From Candidatus Omnitrophota bacterium (GTDB lineage Bacteria; Omnitrophota; Gorgyraeia; Zapsychrales; Zapsychraceae), in contig JAJDCA010000044.1 in the NCBI GenBank assembly GCA_029261055.1, positions 141,867 to 205,866 on the forward strand: a DNA stretch of 64,000 bases, in the 5' to 3' direction. This document shows, one piece after another, positions 1 through 8,527 of this stretch; positions within the stretch are counted from its first letter, which is position 1; each line of letters starts with the position of its first letter. Made by a program: the position numbers and the translations under genes. The notes beneath the pieces were generated by a model. The model was not told where the DNA came from, did not search any database, and saw only the letters and a list, made by a program, of their open reading frames with translations.

Positions 1-660
1 GAAAAAAACCCATTTTTGGGCATGCGCTCAATCCGTTTTTCCCTAAAACATCCTGAAATTTTTGAACAACAAATTCGTGCCATTCTTCGCGCTGCTGTGA
101 AGGCCGATATCCGCATTATGTTCCCTATGATTTCGTCTGTAGATGAATTTTTGGAAGCTAAAAAAATGGTGACTGATTGTATTCAAACATTACACAAAGA
201 AAAAATCCCCTGTCACAATAAACCACAAATTGGATTAATGATTGAGCTTCCGTCGGTATTAGAAGTTATCGAAGAATTGGCCAAAGAGGCCGATTTTTTT
301 AGTATTGGAACAAACGATCTCATTCAATACATGTTAGCGGTTGATCGTACAAATGATAAAGTCTCGGATCTGTATCTCGCGCATCATCCCGCGATTATTC
401 GTGCCTTAAAGAAAATTGTTGATGCTGCTACAAAATTTAAAAAAGATGTGTCTATCTGTGGTGACATGGTACACCAAGAAAAATATTTACCCTATCTCAT
501 AGGCATTGGCCTTAGAACATTTAGTATTAATCCTTCTAATTTACCCCAAATTCAAACGGCCATTAAACAAATTGATTCAAAAAAAGCTGAAGAATCGACC
601 AAAATTATTTTAACAAAAACGCGCCTTAAAGATGTTGAACAGGCTATGGGGCTAGATTAA
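1..660 (+). CDS. PEP-utilizing enzyme C-terminal (TIM-barrel) domain, PtsI/PtsP-like; 5' partial because the window starts inside the gene
   Basis: Translation contains the PEP-utilizing-enzyme signature GTNDLIQYMLAVDRTND and the ICGDM ... LIGIGLRTFSI motif near the C terminus; the frame is open from nt 1. Confidence 0.6.
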   Translation, partial: EKNPFLGMRSIRFSLKHPEIFEQQIRAILRAAVKADIRIMFPMISSVDEFLEAKKMVTDCIQTLHKEKIPCHNKPQIGLMIELPSVLEVIEELAKEADFFSIGTNDLIQYMLAVDRTNDKVSDLYLAHHPAIIRALKKIVDAATKFKKDVSICGDMVHQEKYLPYLIGIGLRTFSINPSNLPQIQTAIKQIDSKKAEESTKIILTKTRLKDVEQAMGLD

Positions 661-670
661 AAACAACTCC

Positions 671-694
671 TAAGAGATTGCGCAACTCCTAATT
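671..694. promoter_or_regulatory. Copy 1 of a palindromic TAAGAGATTGCGCAACT motif (core AGATTGCGCAACT); candidate operator or promoter element
   Basis: The same 17-mer recurs at 14963-14985 with a 1-nt deletion and at 15041-15070 in reverse orientation; all copies sit 60-100 nt upstream of + strand gene starts. Confidence 0.3.
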
Positions 695-761
695 GCCAAA
701 TTATTGTTTTATGTTACACTTTAACCAGAAAAATTTAAACCTCACAAAAAAGGAGAATCAC

Positions 762-1322
762 ATGAAAAAAATCAAACTTTTTGGAACAATCCTTGTTACA
801 GCTTTATGTTTGGCTCTTTCGGTTAATGCTGTTGAAGCTTGTAAAGGGCATGGTTCATCATCAAGAAAAAAAGGACTCGAAGGTAAATTTAATTACAAAG
901 TTCAGTTTGTTTTAGGACGTTGGGGCGAATTACAACTTTCTGAAAAACAAATGACCCAGATTAAAGATCTAAACAATACTACGACAAAATACCTTATTAC
1001 TAAAAATGCCGAAATTGATGTGCTTGCCGTGGATGTCAAATCTCAAATGCATCAAGCGACAATGAACCTGGAAGCCATTAATAAATTAGTCGATCAAAAA
1101 TATGCTTTAAAAAATGAACGGGCTAAAGCGACGATTAAGGCTATTTCAGATCTTAAAAATGTTTTAAATGATGAACAAAAAACGAAATTTAAAACACTTC
1201 TGATGAATGCTTTCAGCGCTTGCTCCTCATGTCCTCTGAGTAAAGGATCTTCTTCCGGAAAGATTTGCCCATTAAAAGGCAAAGGTTCTGGAACGCAAAA
1301 AGGTTCAGGAACAACTAAATAA
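762..1322 (+). CDS. Spy/CpxP/ZraP-family periplasmic protein with a Cys/Gly/Ser/Lys-rich tail
   Basis: SD AAGGAG 7 nt upstream of ATG 762; signal peptide MKKIKLFGTILVTALCLALSVNA; two LxxxQ motifs (LSEKQ, LNDEQ) typical of the CpxP/Spy fold; C-terminal CSSCPLSKGSSSGKICPLKGKGSG tail. Confidence 0.5.
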   Translation: MKKIKLFGTILVTALCLALSVNAVEACKGHGSSSRKKGLEGKFNYKVQFVLGRWGELQLSEKQMTQIKDLNNTTTKYLITKNAEIDVLAVDVKSQMHQATMNLEAINKLVDQKYALKNERAKATIKAISDLKNVLNDEQKTKFKTLLMNAFSACSSCPLSKGSSSGKICPLKGKGSGTQKGSGTTK

Positions 1323-1331
1323 GAGCAGCTC

Positions 1332-1718
1332 ATGGCGACTTTATTTACAAAAATCATAAAGGGGGAGATTCCCTGTCATAAAATTTATGAAGATGACACA
1401 TATCTTGCCTTTCTGGATATCCGTCCCATAAATCCTGGGCATACACTTGTTATTCCAAAAAAAGAAGTTAATTACATCTTTGATTTGGATGATGACCTTT
1501 TGGCCGGTTTGATGCTTTGTGCCAAAAAAGTGGCCCACATGATTGAACAAAAAGTTACGTGTAAACGTATCGGTATCATGGTGGCGGGGCTAGAAGTGCC
1601 GCACGCCCATGTGCATTTGATTCCAATGAATGAAATCCCAGATCTTAATTTTGCCAATGCCAAATCGGCATCCAACGAAGATCTTGCGGAAATATGTCAA
1701 AAAATTACAAAAATTTGA
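1332..1718 (+). CDS. HIT-family (histidine triad) nucleotide hydrolase
   Basis: HAHVHLIP histidine-triad motif; about 128 aa, typical Hint size. Confidence 0.85.
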   Translation: MATLFTKIIKGEIPCHKIYEDDTYLAFLDIRPINPGHTLVIPKKEVNYIFDLDDDLLAGLMLCAKKVAHMIEQKVTCKRIGIMVAGLEVPHAHVHLIPMNEIPDLNFANAKSASNEDLAEICQKITKI

Positions 1719-1722
1719 GAAA

Positions 1723-1751
1723 GCGGCCCCTAGGGGCCGTTTTCTGTATTT
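1723..1751 (+). terminator. Rho-independent terminator after the HIT gene
   Basis: GC stem GCGGCCC/GGGCCGT with CTAG loop, followed by TTTTCTGTATTT. Confidence 0.6.
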
Positions 1752-1765
1752 CAAGGAGATAATTC

Positions 1766-2194
1766 ATGTATGCCTTAACCTCTTCAAAACCAATAACTTG
1801 GAATAAAAAACAAAAGGCCGTCTGGAAATGTCTGGAAGACCATTGGGATCATTTGATCAACAAACGTGTCGATGACTTTCTTAAATTTATCCACCCTGAT
1901 TTTTTGGGTTTTGGCCATGAAAGCCCAATCAATATTGACAGGCCCTGGTTACAAAAATGGGTAGGCTTTTGGACAAAATCAACAGAAATTATTATTTGCG
2001 AATTAAGACCCATTGATATCAAAATCCATCAAAATATTGCCATCGTTCAATATTTTATTTTTACGATTGAAAAAAATTCAGAAGGCGGGAAGCGCGTCAT
2101 TCGTCGTTACACCATGACCTGGAAAAAAATGCCTGAGCGTTGGACTGTAATTGCGAGTCACAATAATCTTGCTGATGAAACAATACGCGGATAA
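1766..2194 (+). CDS. NTF2-like / SnoaL-like fold hypothetical protein
   Basis: About 140 aa; pattern of W/F/Y residues consistent with the DUF4440/ketosteroid-isomerase-like fold; no catalytic motif recognised. Confidence 0.4.
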   Translation: MYALTSSKPITWNKKQKAVWKCLEDHWDHLINKRVDDFLKFIHPDFLGFGHESPINIDRPWLQKWVGFWTKSTEIIICELRPIDIKIHQNIAIVQYFIFTIEKNSEGGKRVIRRYTMTWKKMPERWTVIASHNNLADETIRG

Positions 2195-2272
2195 TCAACT
2201 CAACGAGGTTAATTGGGAATCTTTTGCGCTCATGTTAGGCGCAACATATTATTTTCAATAAAGGAAAGAATT

Positions 2273-3478
2273 ATGATTAAAAACAATATGACAAAATTTT
2301 CTCAACCGCTTAAAGTTCTTTCGATTGAAGATAATCCGGTTGACCAAAAAATGATTAAATCGATGTTAACCCAATCTACATACGGGGCATCTTTTTTTAA
2401 GATCGCTAAATCCTGTGGCGAGGGAAGACAAATCCTCAAAAAACATACTTTTGATGTTATCCTTCTTGATTTAAATTTGCCGGATAGTGAAGGATTAATA
2501 ACCCTTAAACAATTTAATAAAGATTACCCTGAATTAGCTATTGTTGTGAGTACGGGGTCCTATGAAGATGAATTGGGCATAGAAGCACTGAATTACGGGG
2601 CACAAGATTTTCTTATTAAAGGAAAATACAATGCCTATTGGCTTAATAAGGTGCTGTATTATGCTATTGAACGTAAACGATTGGAAAACAGTCTTAAAAC
2701 AGCTAGTAATCAACTTAAAGAAACACAAACACAACTTTTTCAATCCGAAAAAATGAAAGTTGTCGGTGGTTTAGCGAGTGGCATTGCCCATGAAGTTCGC
2801 AATCCTTTGGCCGCTATTCTTTATGGAGTTACTTATCTTCAAGAAACACTCAAAACAAATGACAAAAAACTCAAACTGACATTAAAAAATATTAAAGAAG
2901 CAACAAATAGGGCAAACAATATTATCAAAGACCTTCTAGACTTTTCTGCTCTGTCTAAATTAACTAAAGAAAAAGAGGATCTTCATTTGATTGTAGATTT
3001 GTCACTGGGTTTATTAACGCATGAATTTGAAAATTGTAAAATACAAATTGTTAAAAAATTCACGAAATCTATGCCTCCAGTAAAAATAGACAAAAGACGA
3101 ATTCAACAAGTTATTATTAATCTCGTTCTTAATAGCATCTATGCCATGCCGAATGGCGGTAAAATAACATTAAAAACTTCTCAACATGCATTACTAAAAG
3201 ATTCAAAAAAACTTTATCAACGAGCTCCACTTAAAGAAACGCCAAAAAAGACAACAAAAACGGTCACAGTTTTACATGTCGAAGATACCGGTTGCGGCAT
3301 TCCTGAGGACAAGTTAAATAATATTTTTGATCCTTTCTTTACAACCCGACGGGCTCGAGGAGGCGTGGGGTTAGGTTTATCGGTATGTCACAATATTATG
3401 GAAAGTCATAAAGGAAACATCTTAATTGAAAACATTACAAAAGGAGGAACTCGCGCAACCCTAATTTTTCCAAATTAA
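2273..3478 (+). CDS. Cytoplasmic hybrid histidine kinase: N-terminal receiver domain followed by HisKA and HATPase_c
   Basis: REC motifs (DVILLDLNLPD), H-box HEVRNPLAAI, and G-boxes DTGCGIPED / GGVGLGLSV; no TM or sensor domain; start ATG 2273 preceded by AAAGGAAAG. Confidence 0.8.
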   Translation: MIKNNMTKFSQPLKVLSIEDNPVDQKMIKSMLTQSTYGASFFKIAKSCGEGRQILKKHTFDVILLDLNLPDSEGLITLKQFNKDYPELAIVVSTGSYEDELGIEALNYGAQDFLIKGKYNAYWLNKVLYYAIERKRLENSLKTASNQLKETQTQLFQSEKMKVVGGLASGIAHEVRNPLAAILYGVTYLQETLKTNDKKLKLTLKNIKEATNRANNIIKDLLDFSALSKLTKEKEDLHLIVDLSLGLLTHEFENCKIQIVKKFTKSMPPVKIDKRRIQQVIINLVLNSIYAMPNGGKITLKTSQHALLKDSKKLYQRAPLKETPKKTTKTVTVLHVEDTGCGIPEDKLNNIFDPFFTTRRARGGVGLGLSVCHNIMESHKGNILIENITKGGTRATLIFPN

Positions 3479-3516
3479 GAGACTGCACAACAATAAATAT
3501 TTGGAACTTAATTCTT

Positions 3517-4053
3517 ATGAAAAAAACAACAAGTCCTTACATTTTAGTTAGAAATTCCAGTATCCACAGCACCGGAGTCTTTGCCAAGAAAAATATTCAG
3601 GAAGGGACCCGTATCATCGAATATGTCGGTGAAAAAGTAACCAAAGCAGAATCAGATAGACGTGCAGATATTCCGCTCGGTAATCATAAAAATGATAAAA
3701 GTAATGGTGCCGTTTATCTCTTTTATTTAAACAAACGTCATGATATTGATGGATATGTATCCCACAACACCGCACGGTTTATTAACCATTCCTGTGAACC
3801 CAATTGTGAACCGGATATTATTCGAGGAAAAATTTGGATTATTGCCCTTCGGGACATTAAAAAAGGCGAAGAATTAACCTACAATTATGGGTATGATTAT
3901 GCCGATTACGAAGAACACTTATGCCGATGCAATACGGATAACTGTATGGGGTTCATCCTTGCTGAAGAACACTGGCCGAAATTAAAAGCTAAACGTACGC
4001 GCGAAGCTAACAAACGTAAAAAAGAAACCTCAAACTTCGCTACCGCTCAGTGA
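3517..4053 (+). CDS. Bacterial SET-domain protein (putative protein-lysine methyltransferase) with a post-SET Cys cluster
   Basis: RFINHSCEPNC and EELTYNYGYDY SET motifs; post-SET CRCNTDNCMG. Confidence 0.75.
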   Translation: MKKTTSPYILVRNSSIHSTGVFAKKNIQEGTRIIEYVGEKVTKAESDRRADIPLGNHKNDKSNGAVYLFYLNKRHDIDGYVSHNTARFINHSCEPNCEPDIIRGKIWIIALRDIKKGEELTYNYGYDYADYEEHLCRCNTDNCMGFILAEEHWPKLKAKRTREANKRKKETSNFATAQ

Positions 4054-4080
4054 TTTTGGCTTTCAGCTATCAGCCTTAAG
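4054..4080 (-). repeat. Truncated copy of the family-1 REP/MITE-like element (reverse orientation)
   Basis: ATTTTGGCTTTCAGCTATCAGCC is the reverse complement of the terminal CTGATAACTGAAAGCCAAAAT seen in the copy at 55331-55390. Confidence 0.45.
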
Positions 4081-4093
4081 CCATCCGTAAACA

Positions 4094-4627
4094 ATGCGTA
4101 AATTAACCCATCAAGAAATTCTCACCCGCCAACAAGAAAAGAAAACTAAAAAAACACCTTTCTGTGTCATATTAAACGACCTTCGCAGTTGTCACAATGT
4201 TGGCTCTATTTTTCGCACAGCAGATGGAGCGGGCGTAGAAAAAATTTGGTTATGTGGCATTACCGCCTGTCCTCCCAATAAACAAATTAACAAAACTGCC
4301 TTAGATGCCCAAGACCATGTCTCTTGGGAGTATCGCAAGGATGCCTTGTCCGTTATTCAGGAACTAAAACAACAAAATTACCAAATCATTCTCCTGGAAC
4401 AAATGGAAGGTAGCCGCCTGTATCACGAATTTACACCACACTTTCCCACATGCCTTATTATTGGCAATGAAACCGATGGCATTTCTCCCGAACTCATTTC
4501 TCACTGCGATGCTGCCATAGAAATCGAAATGGCCGGCATCAAAAATTCCCTCAATGTCGCCGTAGCCTTCGGCATCGCCGCGTATTACTTTAGAAACTAT
4601 TTTTTAGCCCCAAAAATAAATTTGTGA
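4094..4627 (+). CDS. SpoU/TrmH-family RNA 2'-O-methyltransferase
   Basis: SPOUT-class motifs (LIIGNETDGIS, NSLNVAVAFGIAAY). Confidence 0.8.
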   Translation: MRKLTHQEILTRQQEKKTKKTPFCVILNDLRSCHNVGSIFRTADGAGVEKIWLCGITACPPNKQINKTALDAQDHVSWEYRKDALSVIQELKQQNYQIILLEQMEGSRLYHEFTPHFPTCLIIGNETDGISPELISHCDAAIEIEMAGIKNSLNVAVAFGIAAYYFRNYFLAPKINL

Positions 4628-4707
4628 TTGATTAATTTAATATGTTATACTTCAACCAGTACCTGCCACGGTTTGTGTTTAATCGAAGTTAATACAAAAG
4701 CTCTGTC

Positions 4708-7700
4708 ATGAATTTTCACATACACATCACAAAAAGCATACGCTTAGTTTTTTTTCTAACCAGCCTTCTCATATTTTCTTTAAGTATCACGGCTAATGCT
4801 TATCAATATGTCAAAGTCGAAGGACGGAGTCTGGTAGCGGACTTTGATATGGATGGACAATACGCGCCATTTTTTATCAAAGGGGTCGGATACAGCCCTA
4901 TGCCTATTGGGCGGCATCCTAGTGATTGGGGATGGCAAAACGCGAATGATCCGCGCCCGAATAATACCCTGGATGACCCTGCCATTTTAGAACGAGATTT
5001 TACACTTCTCGAAGCCATGCACGCCAATACAATCCGCATCTGGAAAGGCAATGATACAGAAAAAAATGGCCGATTTCCCATAAAAATCACCTCAAATACA
5101 CTTGACCACGCAGAAAATCATCAAATAAAAATAATGGCTGGATTCTGGATTGATACCCCCTCGGGTTGGTGGGAATGTACAGAAGAAGGATCTATTTTTC
5201 ATGTCATTATGGATTTTACAAATGCTTCTCTGCGTGAAGATATTAAATCAAGATTTGCAGACTACGTCACACAATTGAAAAATCATCCTGCCATCCTGCT
5301 TTGGGCTATTGCTAATGAAAACAATTTGTCTTTTGGAGATAACTTTGACCAAATAAACGCCTTTTACTCACTTGTTAATGAAATGGCTGAACTGGCCCAT
5401 CAAATTGAAGGGACTGACTTTCACCCTGTGGTTTTAGTCAATGGGGACATCAAAAATCTCGGTGATTCAAATCAGGGAACAACAGATGCAGATATGCCTC
5501 ATCTAGATGTCTGGGCAGCTAATGTTTACAAAGGAGATTCATTTGGTGATTTATTTGATGAATTCAAAACAAAATCAACAAAACCACTCTTAATTTCTGA
5601 ATTCGGTACCGATGCCTGGCATACTAATGATGTGGATAATCCTTCCGATGGATTTGAGGATCAAACGACTCAGGCCGTTTGGGCTGGAAAACTCTGGGAC
5701 GAAATTGCCGCTAATAATGATGCCACGATCGGAGGGACAGTGATGGAATATTCCGATGAATGGTGGAAACCCAATGAATGGCTTTGTGCGGATGATAACG
5801 ATCCCAATACGACCGCTGATCTTTGTAATGCGGCCCAAACATATTATGGGTTCGGACCAAAAGATAATAGCTGCCCGGTCAACGGGACATTTGATGACCC
5901 GGAAGATAACTTGCCAATTCCTCTTGATCAATTTAATAATGAAGAGTGGTGGGGCATTATGGCCATTGCCAAAAATCCAGATAATGCTTTTGGGCCGGAT
6001 ATTATGATACCCCGTCAAATTTATACAACATTGCAGGAAAAGTTCCGTCCTCAAAATTTACCCCCCATCCTTGATCCAATTAATGATAAAGAACTCGCTC
6101 TTGGTGATTTACTACAATTTACCGTAACGGCCCATGATCCGGAAAGTGCCTCCATAATACTTACGGCAACATTAGGGAGTGGCGATACTTTAGACACTAT
6201 TGGCGCCAGTTTTACAGATGCCGGTGATGGCACAGGTTCATTTACATGGACCACAAGATTCACAAATATAGGCAATATCATTCCTATAAAATTCACAGCT
6301 ACAGATGAGGGTGGAGCAACGGATGTTGAAAATATTTTTATTACACTGAATGTTGTGCAAAACCCAAATGAACAAACGCCTTGGCAAAATAATGAAAATG
6401 GCACATTAATAGAAGACCAGTCATTAAACTACACATTAGGATATCATTTTACACCACAAAAAAACGGCGTAATTAATACATTAGGCGGATATTTTAATGG
6501 AACAAAAAAAGTTTCTCTTTGGAATAAAACCACAGGCGAATTATTAGCCCAAGTACAAGTACCTTCTTCGAATACATGGAATTATTCCGGCATTACTCCC
6601 GTGAATGTCCAGGCTGGGGAGGAGTACACCGTTGCCGCTTACCTTGCAGGTAGTGGAGCCAGTTTTCGTCAGAATGTTCAAACATTACCACAAACATATG
6701 CTGACATTACGATCCAATCGGCATGTTTTAAACGTGGGGATATTCGTCCCATCAATGAAGAAAAAAATTTAATGTATGGTCAAGTGGATATTGGGTTTAT
6801 TCCAGATGGAAGTGTAGCTAATCAGCCTCCAATCATACACACAGGACCAACGCCGGAACAGACGACCTTAAATAGTGGAGAAAACACAACGATTTCCGTT
6901 ATTGCCGAAGACCTGGATGGGGATCCATTAACGTATACCTGGACAGCCAGCCAGGGAACCATTGCAGGTAATAGCCTTGAAGTAACATACACAGCCCCTA
7001 CGATTGCTACCGAAACGACTGTGACGATTAATGTAGAAATTTCTGACGGAAAAGGCGGTACTATCACAGGAACGGTGGACATAACAATTCTTCCCATCAT
7101 AGGAGGAAAGCCTGAACAAATGCCTTGGCAAAATAATGAAAATGGAACATTAACCATTAATCAAAACTTTAATTACACCTTAGGTTACCATTTCATTCCC
7201 CAAACAAATGGTACGATTAATAAAGTGGGAGGATATTTTAACGGAACTAAAATCATTTCTCTTTGGAAACGGAGTACAGGTGAATTACTGACACAAACAC
7301 AAGTGTCTTCAAATAATACCTGGAATTACGTAAGTATTCCACCAGTCAATGTTCAGGATGGGGAAGAGTATACCGTTGCCGCTTACCTTGCGGGTAGCGG
7401 AGCTAGTTACCGTGAAAATATCCAAACCCTGCCACAAACCTATGGGGCTATTACGATTCAATCAGCCTGCTACAGGCTCGGTGATCAGCGGCCATCTAAC
7501 GACGAAAAAAACTTTATGTATGGACAGGTCGACATTGGTTTCATTCCTGAAGGGAGCATAGTTAACCAAGCGCCTGTTATTCAATCTGGCCCAACAGCTG
7601 CAAATTCCTCTCTCAATAGTGGTCAAAGCACAGCAATTTCTCTTTCTGCCATAGACCCTGACAACGACCCGTTAACCTACATTTGGACAGCAACCCAAGG

Positions 7701-8289
7701 AAATATTATCGGTAATGGTTTTGAAGTAACGTACACAGCTCCTACGGTTGACACTGAAACGACAATAACTATCCAGGTAACGGTGTCGGACGAAAAAGGA
7801 GGCAACGTTTCAGGAACAGTAAATCTAACAATTAGAGGAGGAGCAGGAGTACAAACACCCTGGCAAAGCCATGAAAACGGCACCTTAATCACAGGCCAAA
7901 AATATGATTACACTTTAGGTTATCATTTTACTCCAAATAAAAATGGTACTATCCATAAATTGGGAGGATATTTTTGGGGAACCAAAACCGTATTTCTTTG
8001 GAATAGAGCAACAGGAGAATTATTAGGAGAAACTCCGGTTACTTCAACGCTCGCGTGGAGTTATGCAGACGTCACACCTGTAGATGTTCAAGCCGGGGTA
8101 GAGTACACCGTAGCTGCGTATCTTGCGGGCCACGATGCCTCTTACCGCAAGGATATTCAAGCATTGCCCCAAACATATGATGACATTACCATTCAATCGG
8201 CGTGTTACAAACGGGGGCAGAGCCGGCCGATTAATGATGAGAAAAAATTTATGTACGGACAGGCCGATATTATTTTTATTCCAAATTAA
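4708..8289 (+). CDS. Large secreted multidomain protein: clan GH-A (GH5-like) glycoside hydrolase domain followed by three tandem ~245-aa repeats with Ig-like (cadherin-like) segments
   Basis: Signal peptide; LLWAIANENN (acid/base NE motif) and ISEFGTDAW (nucleophile Glu) typical of clan GH-A TIM barrels; repeats contain (T/M)PWQ(N/S)(N/H)ENGTL, LGYHF, YTVAAYLAG and DGDPLTYTWTA(S/T)QG motifs. Confidence 0.5.
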   Translation: MNFHIHITKSIRLVFFLTSLLIFSLSITANAYQYVKVEGRSLVADFDMDGQYAPFFIKGVGYSPMPIGRHPSDWGWQNANDPRPNNTLDDPAILERDFTLLEAMHANTIRIWKGNDTEKNGRFPIKITSNTLDHAENHQIKIMAGFWIDTPSGWWECTEEGSIFHVIMDFTNASLREDIKSRFADYVTQLKNHPAILLWAIANENNLSFGDNFDQINAFYSLVNEMAELAHQIEGTDFHPVVLVNGDIKNLGDSNQGTTDADMPHLDVWAANVYKGDSFGDLFDEFKTKSTKPLLISEFGTDAWHTNDVDNPSDGFEDQTTQAVWAGKLWDEIAANNDATIGGTVMEYSDEWWKPNEWLCADDNDPNTTADLCNAAQTYYGFGPKDNSCPVNGTFDDPEDNLPIPLDQFNNEEWWGIMAIAKNPDNAFGPDIMIPRQIYTTLQEKFRPQNLPPILDPINDKELALGDLLQFTVTAHDPESASIILTATLGSGDTLDTIGASFTDAGDGTGSFTWTTRFTNIGNIIPIKFTATDEGGATDVENIFITLNVVQNPNEQTPWQNNENGTLIEDQSLNYTLGYHFTPQKNGVINTLGGYFNGTKKVSLWNKTTGELLAQVQVPSSNTWNYSGITPVNVQAGEEYTVAAYLAGSGASFRQNVQTLPQTYADITIQSACFKRGDIRPINEEKNLMYGQVDIGFIPDGSVANQPPIIHTGPTPEQTTLNSGENTTISVIAEDLDGDPLTYTWTASQGTIAGNSLEVTYTAPTIATETTVTINVEISDGKGGTITGTVDITILPIIGGKPEQMPWQNNENGTLTINQNFNYTLGYHFIPQTNGTINKVGGYFNGTKIISLWKRSTGELLTQTQVSSNNTWNYVSIPPVNVQDGEEYTVAAYLAGSGASYRENIQTLPQTYGAITIQSACYRLGDQRPSNDEKNFMYGQVDIGFIPEGSIVNQAPVIQSGPTAANSSLNSGQSTAISLSAIDPDNDPLTYIWTATQGNIIGNGFEVTYTAPTVDTETTITIQVTVSDEKGGNVSGTVNLTIRGGAGVQTPWQSHENGTLITGQKYDYTLGYHFTPNKNGTIHKLGGYFWGTKTVFLWNRATGELLGETPVTSTLAWSYADVTPVDVQAGVEYTVAAYLAGHDASYRKDIQALPQTYDDITIQSACYKRGQSRPINDEKKFMYGQADIIFIPN
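6376..8289 (+). repeat. Intragenic tandem repeats, 744-nt and 735-nt periods, 2.6 copies (units start at 6376, 7120 and 7855)
   Basis: Each unit starts with ACGCCTTGGCAAAATAATGAAAATGG, ATGCCTTGGCAAAATAATGAAAATGG or ACACCCTGGCAAAGCCATGAAAACGG; protein-level repeat identity is high. Confidence 0.75.
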
Positions 8290-8447
8290 ATTCTTTTATT
8301 TTCGTGCAACTTGCAAATAAGGCAAAAATGTTTTATACTTCCACTAGATAAGTTGTCCCACACTGGTTTTTGACCGATATCCTCAAGACACCGCATCATA
8401 GGATATGTGTTGCACTAACCCTCCGGGAAGTGAAAATAAATAGTTAA

Positions 8448-8515
8448 ATTAGTCTTCAGACGTCAGTTTTCAGATGTAAGTATTTTACTTTTTACTGATG
8501 ACTGCTAGCAAAAGC
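8448..8515 (+). repeat. Family-1 REP/MITE-like palindromic intergenic element, copy A
   Basis: TTAGTCTTCAGACGTCAG ... CTGATGACTGCTAGCAAAAGC, related to the copies at 16127, 24788 and 55331. Confidence 0.5.
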
Positions 8516-8527
8516 TTTTAAATTCTT

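Noticed and set aside
6051-7892. Minus-strand ORFs 6051-6404, 6822-7157 and 7677-7892, with similar N termini (MPFSLFCQGVCS..., MVNVPFSLFCQGICS..., MIKVPFSWLCQGVC...), that might pass as a small gene family
   Set aside because: They are antisense translations of the three tandem repeat units inside the 4708-8289 CDS, so the similarity is inherited from the sense-strand repeats; no RBS is present and they lie fully inside a well-supported gene
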